Shown here: positions 25,395 through 36,429 of the stretch, one piece after another | Numbering within the stretch: position 1 is the stretch's first letter | Layout: the number at the start of each line of letters is the position of its first letter | NCBI GenBank assembly: GCA_030324005.1 | Contig: JARDVH010000073.1 | Span: 101,076,578-101,140,577, forward strand | Source: Negaprion brevirostris | Lineage: Eukaryota | Reading direction: 5' to 3' | DNA: 64,000 nt | Notes under the pieces: generated by a model | The model's input: the letters and a program-made list of their open reading frames with translations, nothing else | Told to the model about the DNA's origin: nothing | Databases searched by the model: none | Program-made: the position numbers and the translations under genes

Positions 25395-25690
25395 GCAGAC
25401 TCATTCATACAGCGCCTTTCACAACCTTAGGACGTTCCAACACACTTTACAGCCAATGAAATACTTAGGAAGTCACTGCTACAACCTAAGAAATTCAGTA
25501 GTCAATTTATGAAGAGCAAGCTCCCAAAAACAACGATGCGATGATAACTAGATTATTTGTTTCTGAGATTAAAGGATAAGAATTGGCCAGGACAATAGCA
25601 CAAGAAGTGTGAAATAGTATACTGGGGAGTGTTTACATCTACATGAATGGCTAGGCAAGGCCTCAATTCAACATCTCACCCAAAAGACAA
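25395..25690 (-). mobile_element. DeuSINE 3' part
   Basis: Reverse L2-type tail 'tacagcgcctttcacaaccttaggacgttcc..tttacagccaatgaa' plus Deu segment. Confidence 0.65.
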
Positions 25691-26734
25691 ACATGAAACC
25701 AAAGGCCAGACAAACAAGAGATGGAGAGAAACAGACCACTGTAATATACACTTAGAAACAGAATACCAAAGAAATGAGATGCCCTCTCCTATTAGACTAC
25801 TGCAAAGTCAGCTGCCTTTAAATTCACCTGGTTCAAATGCTTGAAGTTCAGTTGCTTCCATCTCTGAACCTCATATCATAGTCAACACTTTGAATCCAGT
25901 GGAGTGAAGACTAACGCAGTTCTTAGTGAATAACAGAGTGACATGGACACCCAAGGATGTCCGAGTACAATCAGCAATGTCACGAGATACAAGTCAGACA
26001 TGTCGAATCTCTCTTGTCAAGGACCATCAGTGAGATCATAAACTTATTTTGTTTCTTAAACCCAAAGTGAATATTGCCCTTCAACGATGCTTTCAGCACA
26101 ACTAGCTCATCAGTCAGTCCTATAACAAGAATCAGGCTTAGAAACACATACTGAGAGCTGCAGCCACCTTCACCATTACGAATTGGCAGCAAAACATGGT
26201 TTCAGCTATGAAATCGCTATGTATAGAAAACATGTTGAGACCAATAAATCAGGCACATTCCAATGCCTCAGTTAAATCTCCACCATCCTGAGCAGAGATA
26301 GTGGAACAAAACTGAATCATTTTACATTTCATTTCAACGAAGACTAAAGACACAAAATTGCTCCAACATTGGTGGCTGTGCTTTCAGCTGCTGAGCTCCA
26401 AAGCTCTGGAATTCCCTCTCTAAACCTCCCCAGGCATGTTTCTTAAAACCGACCTCTTTGACCAGCCTTTTGGCCATCTGCCCTAACATCTCCTTACGTG
26501 ACTCAGTATCAAATTTTGTTTTATAATGCTCCTGTGAAGTGGTTTAGACATTTAATTNNNNNNNNNNNNNNNNNNNNNNNNNNNNNNNNNNNNNNNNNNN
26601 NNNNNNNNNNNNNNNNNNNNNNNNNNNNNNNNNNNNNNNNNNNNNNNNNNNNNNNNNCATTTAATTATCTTAAAGGTACTACATAAGTCCAAGTTGTTGT
26701 TGTGCACAGTCTGGCCACAACAATGTCAAATCAT

Positions 26735-26916
26735 TGTGCAGAATGTCCCAGAGAAACAGCATTCTGTACCTTGTGCAGAATATTTCAAAAACACATACAA
26801 GATGTTCCCAAAGGCACAGCATTCTATACATTATATAGGATGCCCCCAAAAACACAGAACTCTTCATGTTGCACAAAACTGTCCTCAAATAAAACAGAAT
26901 TCTATATAATGCACAG
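26735..26916. repeat. Degenerate ~36-bp minisatellite (about 5 units)
   Basis: tgtgcagaatgtcccagagaaacagcattctgtacct / tgtgcagaatatttcaaaaacacat / acaagatgttcccaaaggcacagcattctatacat / tatataggatgcccccaaaaacacagaactct / tgcacaaaactgtcctcaaataaaacagaattctat. Confidence 0.6.
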
Positions 26917-27974
26917 ATTAATCCTGGCCTGGTGCCAGGGATGATGCCTTGAGGAGAAAAGGAGAACTCAAAATTGTTTCCAAACAGATTCGAACAGAAT
27001 AGAAACGACTTGACAGAAGTTACCATAATTAGAGGTTTTCACTACTTGTTTGGAAGTTGTCTTGCTCCAATGGAAAATATTCTTTCAGAACTAGTCAAAG
27101 AGATTTCACATTTTGTGTACCGGGAAGACACGTTTTTTCTAAAAGCTTTGTTCCTTAACTTCCTGCTGCACCTCAGCAGCATTTAAATAGACTTAATTGT
27201 GAGGTCTGGCTGGTTAAAGCCACAAAATCAAATCAGATACATTTGCAGACTTCTCTACACGAAGGTAGCCATCCATGGTGGTTTATTAAACTGATAAAGG
27301 GCATTTCAAAGTAAGGTTCTGAGGGGAAAGCAGCAAGCACAGCATTCAGGACAAGTCAGGAGCAGGCAGGGGAGGAGCATTTTGCTTGCTTCAAATATCA
27401 GACAGGATTAAATTATGACCTGCTGAAGGGCAACTGGTTAAAAGGAATCTGAGTTTGTTCCCTTTTCCCCCTTCAGCAGGACTGCACCTTCACCTTTAAA
27501 AACCTTTTAGGAAATGACCACAGGATTTGAGGACTGGAGAGGTCTGATGTCATCCTTCTTGTAAATCAGGGATATACATCAGAAGTGATTTTAAAATCAT
27601 TGGCATTTTTTTCTGGGATTCACCCTTCCTCTGTTGAATAACCAGGGATTCCACAACAAGATTATCAAGAAAATGTTCAAATGATTAAAACAAACTACTC
27701 CCTCACACTTGGTCAAATTCAACGAGAAAATTGTGCACAAAATTAGGTACCTAGGTAATAGTCTTGCAAAATCGGCCCTCAGTTGCCTTAACATTAAAAG
27801 GTCGGAATCTCAGAATCTCAGCTGGTACTTAAAGAAGGAAGTGCTGCACTGTCGAATGTGCTGTTTTTCTAATGAAACTTTGAGCTGAGAACTTCTTCAT
27901 CAGATGGATGAAACCGATTCCACGACACTATCTTGAAAATTAAAGCTTTTTCTGGTGTTCTGGCTATTATTTAG

Positions 27975-28058
27975 CCAGTAAGAAGTCTCACAACACCAGG
28001 TTAATTTGGTAGCAAAAGCCACTAACTTTCAGAGCGCTGCTCCTTCATCGGGTAAGTC
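27975..28058 (-). mobile_element. Penelope terminal fragment with mutated hammerhead
   Basis: 'cagtaagaagtctcacaacaccagg..cactaactttcagagcgctgctccttcatcgggt'; core is CCGATGA instead of CTGATGA; flanked by duplicated 'ttatttagcca'. Confidence 0.75.
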
Positions 28059-29534
28059 AACATTATTTAGCCAACATCACAAGGCACATAGTTAAGTTAA
28101 AAAGTTAAGTTTATTTATGAGTCACAAGTAAAGCTTACATTAACACTGCAATGAAGTTACTGTGAAATTTCCCTAGTCGCCACATTCTGGCGTCTGTTCA
28201 GGTCAATGCACCTAACCAGTACAGGACAGACCAGGTAAATACAGCAGATTTCCAACAACTCTCAGTGCCAGCTCAAGTGGCCAGAATTTTTTTTTTAAAT
28301 GTTGTTTCACACCTCATCATGGAAAGATTCAAGTTGGGTTCCTAATCAAGTATCACAATCACCAAACTAGCATACTACCCCCTGCGTAATCAGTGTTGAA
28401 TCAAGACTCATTACATCAATTACAATGTTAACTCCTTAGTTCCTTTAGGTCACTGAATAAGTTAACCAACAAACCACAGCAAATGCTCTGGGATTTCGGG
28501 TTTGAATCCCACCATGGTTAATGGTCAAATGTGAATTCCTTCTCCGATATATGAAAATCCAAGCCTTTTGTTCTACTCATTTCAAACAGGGTGGATGGAG
28601 TCTTGCAGAATGGCCTTTGGCCATTCATTCTAAATACAAAAAAAAGACACTGCAAGCATATTGAATAATATTCTGATCAGTTATCAATGATCAGTTATCA
28701 GTTTGCAATGCATCTCTATCCCAAATATTATACCATTTTTAATGCATTGTATTTTCTCTTGATTAATTCACTAGGCAATCTTATCACTGCCCTGGAGGTA
28801 ACTGGTCAGTTCAGTACAAAGGGTCCAATCTAACAATCCTTTGGTGTCGGTCTTTGAGATAGGAACTAGACTTCTCAGCCACTAAGGAAAGTGCAAAATG
28901 TTATATGCTGTCTTGCAGTCCCTCAGCTGACAATTAAACATCAAGCATAAAGATACTTTGACTCTGCCTTTCAAGCAGCCTGTGACAGCGTGATTCTTTC
29001 ATAACAGGTCCCACATTCAACACTGTTTTATTGAAATATAGCCCAGTCTGGTGAGAACGTAAGAATGTGGCAGCAGTTCAGCTGAGTATGAAAGAATTGT
29101 AATCAACTGCATCTGTAATAAAGCTCAAATCATTTTCTTCCTCTCCAACATTTCAATTTGTATTATTTTGACCACCTCTAGCCTAGTCTGCTGCCACAGT
29201 ATCGTGGCTATGAACAGGTGTGCAACAGAGGCTTGAAAAAATACACATGACTACTTCAACTCTCTTTATCTAGGGGAGCAGCTGGCTTCGACTCATCAAC
29301 CCTGCCTGCCCCCCTATACCTCTACAACGACACAAGCAATTATTTCACTGCTCATTAGTCAACAGGGTCGTCAGGACATGTTCCACTGCTGCCAAGTCCA
29401 GTTGGGGCCTGACAACAATAGTGCTATACATACATCTGCCAATTCAATGAATGACGATATTGACTCCCATTGAAACTATTTAACTGACCTTCCAAAACAT
29501 AGAGCTGTAAATGAGCATGCATTTTGAACAGTTC

Positions 29535-29785
29535 TAAGACCATAAGAACAAGAGTTGATCATGAGGTCATTCAAGTCTGTTCCACCATTCAATAATGATG
29601 GCTGGCTTAAAATCTCAACTCTATTTTCCCACTCAATCCACCCATATCCTGTGATTACCTTTGTGTCCAAAAATCTATCAATCTTGGCCCTGAATAGGCT
29701 GAACATCCACAGCCCTCTGGGGTAGACAATTCCAAAGATTCATAACTGTCTCAGTGAAGAAATTTCTCCTCATCTCAGTCTGAAA
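29535..29785 (-). mobile_element. CR1 3' end
   Basis: Minus frame 'FRAKIDRFLDTKVITGYG'; 'gtgaagaaatttctcctcatctcagtc'. Confidence 0.8.
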
Positions 29786-30209
29786 TGATATTCTGACATG
29801 AGCTGAAACTTTTCAACCCTTATGCACCCTGGAAATACAGCAAGCAAAGCAGCTGTCTTCAACAATCTACAAGCTCACAAGCTCTAGAGGGAAACCTAAA
29901 CCAAATAATTGTTGCCTATTGGATATGTTATCCACTGGCTTTGGTTTGTTGGTGCAGACGAATGTGCACAACTGTTTCAATAAATATTCCAATCGCTTCT
30001 AAAAATGTCTTAACGCAGGTTTCATTTACACTACAACTGCAGCGTCAGTGTGCCATGGTCTCAGTTTGTACTGGCATTTAGTTGCAGTATTAATGTGGAG
30101 TCAGGAGCTAAGCTTACTCTAGAGCCAAGTGCCAGCAGGCAGCTCGGGTTTGGACTCCAACTCTCAATGCAACATCTTAGCATCAGAAGTGAAGCCACTT
30201 CATATGAAG

Positions 30210-30525
30210 CATGATGGTACAGTGGTTAGCACTGCAGCCTCCAAGGACCTGGGTTCGTTTCCTGGCTTGGGACACTGTCTGTGTGGAGTCTGCACATTCT
30301 CTTCATGTCTCTTGCGGCATTTCCTTCGGGTGCTCCATTTTCCTCCCACTCTCCAAAGATGAGCGGGTTAGGTTAGTTGGCTATGGTAAATTGCCCCTTA
30401 TTATCAAGGGGATTAACAGAGTAAATATTTGGGGTTACGGGGATAGAGTCTGAGTCGGAATTCTGTTGGTGCAACCTCGATGGGCCAAATGGTCTCTTTC
30501 TGCACTGTAGGGGTTCTATGATTCT
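30210..30525 (+). mobile_element. HE1 V-SINE, full length
   Basis: 'tggtacagtggttagcactgcagcctc..gggttcgtttcc..ggttctatgattct'. Confidence 0.9.
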
Positions 30526-30579
30526 TTTCGGTGGATTCGTGACCCCAAAGCCTGAAGAATGTCCGTGAATTTACTTTCA

Positions 30580-31266
30580 GAGAATCATAGAGTCCCAACA
30601 GTGCAGAAAGAGGCCAGTCAGCCCATCAAATCTGCCCCGACTCTCCAAAAGAGCATCCCACCCAGGCCCTCCCCGTTGTGAGATGCTGTCTTTGAGATGA
30701 TACTTCGAAGCCCTAATCTGACTTTGCAGCTGAATGAAAAAGTCTGTTCTATTCCTGTAAATCTGTGCATTTAGCATGGGCAATCCACATAATCTAAACT
30801 TCTTAGTACTGTGGGAGGAAACCGGAGCACCCAGAGGAAACCCACATAGACACAGGGAGAAGGTGAAAATTCCATGCAGACAGTCACCCAAGGCCGTCCA
30901 AAAACCCACTGACAGGTGCAATTGGAACTAGGGAGCATAGCCTCAAAATAAAGGGAAGAAGATTTAGGACTGAGTTAAGCAGGAACTTCTTCACAGAAAG
31001 GGTTGTGAATCTGTGGAATTCCCTGCTCAGTGAAGCAGTTAAGGCAACCTCATTGAATGTTTTTAAGGCAAGGATAGATAAATTTTTGAAGGAATTAAGG
31101 GCTATGGTGAGCAGGCAAGTAAGCGGAGCAGAGTCCACGAAAAGATCAGCCATGATCTTATTGGATGGCAGAGCAGATGGCCTACTCCTGGTTCTTATGT
31201 TCAAAGGCCAGAGTCAAACCCAGGTCCCTGACGCTGTGAGGCAACAGTGCTAACCATTGTGCCATT
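30580..31266 (-). mobile_element. HE1 V-SINE interrupted by a CR1 3' fragment (about 30915-31200, +)
   Basis: SINE body ends '..cagacagtcacccaaggcc' and resumes 'aaggccagagtcaaacccaggtccc..gctaaccattgtgcca'. Insert translates 'NLWNSLLSEAVKATSLNVFKARIDKFL'. Confidence 0.85.
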
Positions 31267-31814
31267 TTGTCATCCCTAATATATAAATTTAACATTTTTA
31301 TTTCCCTCAATAGCCATTTGAGGAAAATTATCCATTTGATGGGAATCATGAACAGTTATAAGTAAAAGAACAAACACAGATTTATACCGCATCTTTCAGG
31401 ACCTTAGAACATTCCAAAGTGTTGCCCATTCTACTGAATAATATTGAAATGTAGACTGTCATTCTCCATTAAAAAAACAAAGTGTTGCTGCCACAGGAAA
31501 ACCGGATTGTTTCCTGTTAATGTTGGCAGCTCCTGAAGGGGAATATTCAACCACCTTTTGTGGGGAAAAAACTCCCCACCGTGAAATACGCCAGTCAGTC
31601 TGGCTTCACAGTGATTGGGGTGCCATCTGTAAAGGATGCCCCGCTCTCAGAGCTGACTGACATCACCCTGCGCCCTCCCTCTTTCCCCCTCAGAAATGGT
31701 GCATCTTTGCAGGGAATAGCAACATCCCCAATTGCTCATCACCAAGGGGCTTATCTCGTCCCCACACTCAAAAGAATAGGTCACCCCTCCTCACCGGTGC
31801 TCATCTCCCCCCCA

Positions 31815-31917
31815 CATACACACACACACATGCACATAAACACACAGTCACTCACACATGTGCACACACTCGCACACACACATACACACACGTACACACG
31901 CACACGTACATACACAC
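31815..31917. repeat. Imperfect (CA)n microsatellite
   Basis: About 100 bp CA-rich tract. Confidence 0.9.
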
Positions 31918-31994
31918 CATGGAGGCAAGAGTCCCTGCCCCTCCCCAAGGTAAGGGTAAGATATCTTACCCCCATTCTCTCAAACTGGAGAAAC

Positions 31995-32690
31995 TGTGAG
32001 GTATTAAATGAGTATTTTGTGCCTGGATTCACCAAAGAGGAGGGCTTGGTGGATGATGAGTCCGGGAAAGGATGTGTAGATAGTTTGAGCTGTGTTGAGA
32101 TTAAAAAGGAGGAGATATTGAGGTTCTTGAGAAATGTTAAGGTAGACAAGACTCCAGAGCCTGATGGGATATACCCCAGATACTGAGAGAGGTGAGGTAG
32201 GAAATTGCTGGGGCCTTGACAGAAATCTTTGTATCCTCACTGGTTACAGGGGAGGTAACAGAAGACTGGAGAATAGCCAATTGGAGAATTGTTTAAGAAG
32301 GGTAGCAAGAATAATCCAGGTAATTACAGGCCAGTGAGCCTTACATCAATGGTAGAGAAATTATTGAAGAGGATTCTTTGAGACAGGATTTATTCCCACT
32401 TGGAAATAAGTGGATATATTAGTGAGAGGCAACATGGTTTTGTGAAGGGGAGGTTGTGTCTCAAGAACTTGATTGAGTTTTTCAAGGAAGTGACAAAGAT
32501 GATTGATGAGGGTAGGGCAGTGGATGTTGTCTACATGGACTTCAGTAAGGCCTTTGACAAGGTCCCTCATGGCAGACTGTGACAGAAGGTGAAGCCGTAT
32601 GGGATCAGGAGGTGAGCTGACAAGGTGGATACAAAACTAGCTCGTCAAAGAAGACAGAGGATAGCAGTGGGAGGGTGCTTTTCTGAATGA
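31995..32690 (+). mobile_element. CR1/HER1 ORF2 RT fragment (disrupted)
   Basis: 'EVLNEYF..FTKE..LRNVKVDKTPEPDGIYPR' and 'ISERQHGFVKGRLCLKNLIEFFKEVTKMIDEGRAVDVVYMDFSKAFDKVPHGRL'. Confidence 0.95.
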
Positions 32691-32694
32691 ATAA

Positions 32695-32890
32695 TCTACT
32701 CATCCTGGGACGCTACGGGGCAGTTTAGCATGGCCAATCCAACTAACCCACACACCTTTGGTGCGTGGGAGGAAGCTAGATCATCTGGAGGAACCCCATG
32801 CAGAATCACGGAGAATGTGCAAACGCCACACGGTCACCCAAGGCTAGAATCAAACCCAAGTCCCTGGTGCTATGAGGCAGCAATGCTGCC
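32695..32890 (-). mobile_element. HE1 V-SINE 5' part
   Basis: 'tttagcatggccaatcc..gtgggaggaagc..gaatcaaacccaagtccctggtgctatgaggcag'. Confidence 0.8.
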
Positions 32891-33539
32891 CACATGTTTT
32901 CCTTCACTAAAGAACATTAATAAACCAGATGATTTTTTTAGAACAATTTACACTAATCCCAGGTTTGTAATGAATTTGAAACACGTGGTGGTGGAATTTG
33001 AACACTGATCCCCAGAGTGTTACCCCAGGATTACTAGCCCAGTTACAATATCACTTCATCACCACCTCTCCAAATGAAGTGCACTGGAAATTGAAGGAAC
33101 ACAGTGACCGATTTGGTAACAGTTAGTTCCCATGAGTTCCAATGTAATAATGACCTGTTTTTATGATACTGATTGAGGCATAAATATCAGCCAGCTCACT
33201 GCAATTGGATCTTTCACATGTGCTACATATTTCAAAGATTGCAGGTTACCTTACGAGATAATCACATCACGTCATGGTAATGTCATTAGGGTGCTGCCAC
33301 AGGCTGCAGTTTTATTTTCAGTTTTGAGTTCTGTGCAGAGCAGAGTAGACGTCTCTCAATAAAACCTGTTGTGTGTTAGTTTAAACCTACATGTGCAAGC
33401 CAAGTCTTTTATTTCTGTGTAAAACCCACAACTCCTAACNNNNNNNNNNNNNNNNNNNNNNNNNNNNNNNNNNNNNNNNNNNNNNNNNNNNNNNNNNNNN
33501 NNNNNNNNNNNNNNNNNNNNNNNNNNNNNNNNNNNNNNN

Positions 33540-33770
33540 GCATTTCCTTCGGGTGCTCCATTTTCCTCCCACTCTCCAACAATGTGCGGGTTAGGTTGAC
33601 AGGCCATGCTAAATTGCCCCTTACTGTCCCAGGATCCGTAGGTTAGAGGGGATTAGTAGGATAATTATGTGGGGTGATGGAGATAGGGCCTGGGTAGGAT
33701 TGTTGTCACTGCAGACTCGATAGTTCGAATGGCCTCCTTCTGCACTGCAGGGTTCCTATGATTCTATGAA
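33540..33770 (+). mobile_element. HE1 V-SINE 3' part (5' end in gap)
   Basis: 'tttcctcccactctccaac..gaatggcctccttctgcactg..ctatgattctatga'. Confidence 0.85.
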
Positions 33771-33771
33771 T

Positions 33772-34074
33772 AAGTAAAAAGTCTGACAACACCAGGTTTA
33801 AGTCCAACCGATTTATTTGATAGTAAACTCACAAGCTTTCGTGATTTGTACCCTTCGTCAGGTGAATGGAAAGTTCTGGCCTCAGACAGAGCATATAAAG
33901 CACAGACAGTTTACAGATTACTGATCTGAGGCCAGAACTCTCCATTCACCTGATGAAGGGACAAACCCCGAAAACTTGTGAGTTTACTATCAAATAAATC
34001 GGTTAGACTTAAACCTGGTGTTGTCAGACTTTTTACTGTGTCTACCCCAGTCCAACGCCGGTATATCCACATCT
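33772..34074. mobile_element. Penelope-derived palindromic element with two opposed hammerhead motifs
   Basis: About 115-bp inverted repeat (33772-33887 vs 33924-34038) around a short spacer; ends 'ccccagtccaacgccggtatatccacatc'. Confidence 0.85.
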
Positions 34075-34669
34075 GCGAATAAGCTCATAGCCCCTTACTT
34101 TACATAACTCCTGTTACACTGCTCATGAAGAGGATAAAATAAATAAAATTGGGTTTTTCAAAATATCAAAACAAAACATAGAATTGTTCTAAAATTTCCC
34201 AATTCGCTTATTAGGCTGAAACAGGAAAACTTGCACAAGTGAAACACTGAAAAATGCTCTGTTAGGGAAAGAAATTAAGCTTACATTTATACAATACTTA
34301 CAAACAAAAAAAAGATCATTCCACCAACTCATCTCTGCTAGTGTTCCACATTCAAACAACTTTCTGGATGAGGAACTTCCTCCTGAATTCCTAATCGGAT
34401 TCTTCAACTCGCTACCATACAGGCTCATTTGCAACCATAGGAGCATTTAGGGGGAAGCCAGAGTGGCACACAAAGGAGAAGGAAATTAGAAGATTGTCTC
34501 AAAAGGATGAGGTGAAAAACAGTAGGAGGATGTTGGCGTAAGAGCAGTGAGTGGAAACCTCGGCGAGTGAGAAGGCTGCATGAGTGCCCCTCCTTCACCT
34601 CAGTGGGCCACAAAATTGAAAGCTGGCTTGTCACTAATCTTGACCCCACGAATAATATTAAATACATTT

Positions 34670-34880
34670 CATGAATCCAAAAATGTGCAGGTTAGGTGGA
34701 TTGGCCAGACTAAATTGCCCCTTAGTGTCCAAGTTGTGGAGGTTAGGTGGTTTAGCAATGATCAATGCGTGGGACTACAGATTTAGTGCAGGGGGTTGGG
34801 CCGAGGTAAGATGCTCCTTCGGAGGTTGGTGCAGACTCGATGGGCCAGATGGCCTCTTGTGCACTTTTGGGATCCTATGA
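34670..34880 (+). mobile_element. HE1 V-SINE 3' part
   Basis: 'tccaaaaatgtgcaggttaggtggattggcc..gcagactcgatgggcc..gatcctatga'. Confidence 0.85.
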
Positions 34881-34936
34881 ATATACATCAATTATTTCAT
34901 TACTAGTTGTAGAAAATACTTAATCATTTAATGATT

Positions 34937-35165
34937 AAGTTGGTTAGCTCAGTAGGCTGGACAATTGGTTTATGGTTCACAGCAACGTCAGCAACATAGG
35001 TTCAATTCTTTACCAGCTGAGGTTGTTCAGGAAGGTCCGCCTTCCCAACCTTGCCCCTCGCCTGAGGTGTGGTGATCCTCAGGTTAAATCACCACCAGTC
35101 AGCTCCCCTCCTCAAAGGAGACTGCAGCCTGTGGTCATCAGGGACTATGGAAACTTTACCCTTTA
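34937..35165 (+). mobile_element. tRNA-headed SINE of a further family
   Basis: 'ggttagctcagtaggctggac..ggttcaattc' head; tail 'ttgcccctcgcctgaggtgtggtgatcctcaggttaaatcaccacc..gggactatggaaacttt'. Confidence 0.7.
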
Positions 35166-35699
35166 AGAGAATTATCAACTTCAAATAGTGAGAACAAAGA
35201 AATATTTATACTTTGGATGCAGAAGGAATGCAAAGATCTCACAGTTAGTGTTGTGTGCAATCAGCATGCACCCATGTGACTTGCCCTTTCTTCACATCTG
35301 TATCACTTCAGTCATACCAGTAGGAAAAAAATACATGGATAGAAATCAGCGGAAGATGGCAAACCCTGCACATGAGCAAAGGAAAAGAAAAATGTCTCAT
35401 CGGCTGCACTTAGAACTCAGACGGGCCACATGTGACCACTCCCAAACCGCAGGTTACCCACCAATGGTGTTGAATATATATACTGGCAGGATCCGGTTGG
35501 AACAAATGGCCTGAATCTGTCCTATGTATTTTATGTGATTAACTCCACAAAACGTTATCTAGAAACAGAATTTGAACTTTCATTGATGAAGTACCTTAAT
35601 ACTTCCTAAAATTACCTAAAAATAACAATCTGCCTTTCAAACTATCGTCACCAATGCAAGTAAAGTACAGGTTACAGGAGCATACTGGTGCTGAAACTT

Positions 35700-36095
35700 T
35701 TCTTTTATTCATTCATGGAACATGGGCATTGCTAGCTGGCCAGTATTTATTGCCCATCCCTAGTTGCCCTTCAGCAGATGGTGGTGAGCTATCTTCTTGA
35801 TACCCACGTGCTGTTGGTTGATACAACTGAGCGGCTTGTTAAGTGATTGCTGTGGCTCTGGAATCACATGTAGGCCAGGCCAGGTAAGGATGGCAGATTT
35901 CCTTCTCTAAAGGATATTGAGCCAGCTGGGATTTTCCAACAAGCAACAGTGGTTTCATGGTCATCAGTAGATTTTTAATACCAGAATATTTTTTATTGAA
36001 TTTAAATTCCACCATTTGCTGTGGCAGGATTTGAATCCAGGTCCCCAGAACAATAGCTGAGTTTCTGAATTAATAATGATAACACCACCAGGCCA
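35700..36095 (-). mobile_element. tRNA SINE with CR1-family tail (same family as 14935)
   Basis: 'atttattgcccatccc..ccaggtaaggatggcagatttcc..gtggcaggatttgaatccaggtcccc'. Confidence 0.85.
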
Positions 36096-36429
36096 TAAAC
36101 TGCTCTAGCTGCCTCGAAATAGTGAGTTAAATTTCCACATTGAGCCACTTGTGAAGTTGAGCTTAATAAACCGGGACACTTGTGCGCTCACACCCTGAGA
36201 AAAATGCAGACAGAAAGGATGCCAGATTGGTGGTCAAAAAAATCCTCCAACAGGTCTTCAATGATCTGTTTAAAATATATTATACACTTTTTTTTGTTTT
36301 TTTTATTTCTATAAAGGGCAGTCTGTAAATTCTTATTAATTACAATAATACACAAACATATATATATTAAAAACTATATATATTATGTATATATTTTAAA
36401 AACAAGAAACATATATAAACCCCAATGTA

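Noticed and set aside
31560-32186. 208-aa ORF
   Set aside because: Chance read-through of GC-rich sequence, a CA microsatellite and a CR1 ORF2 fragment.
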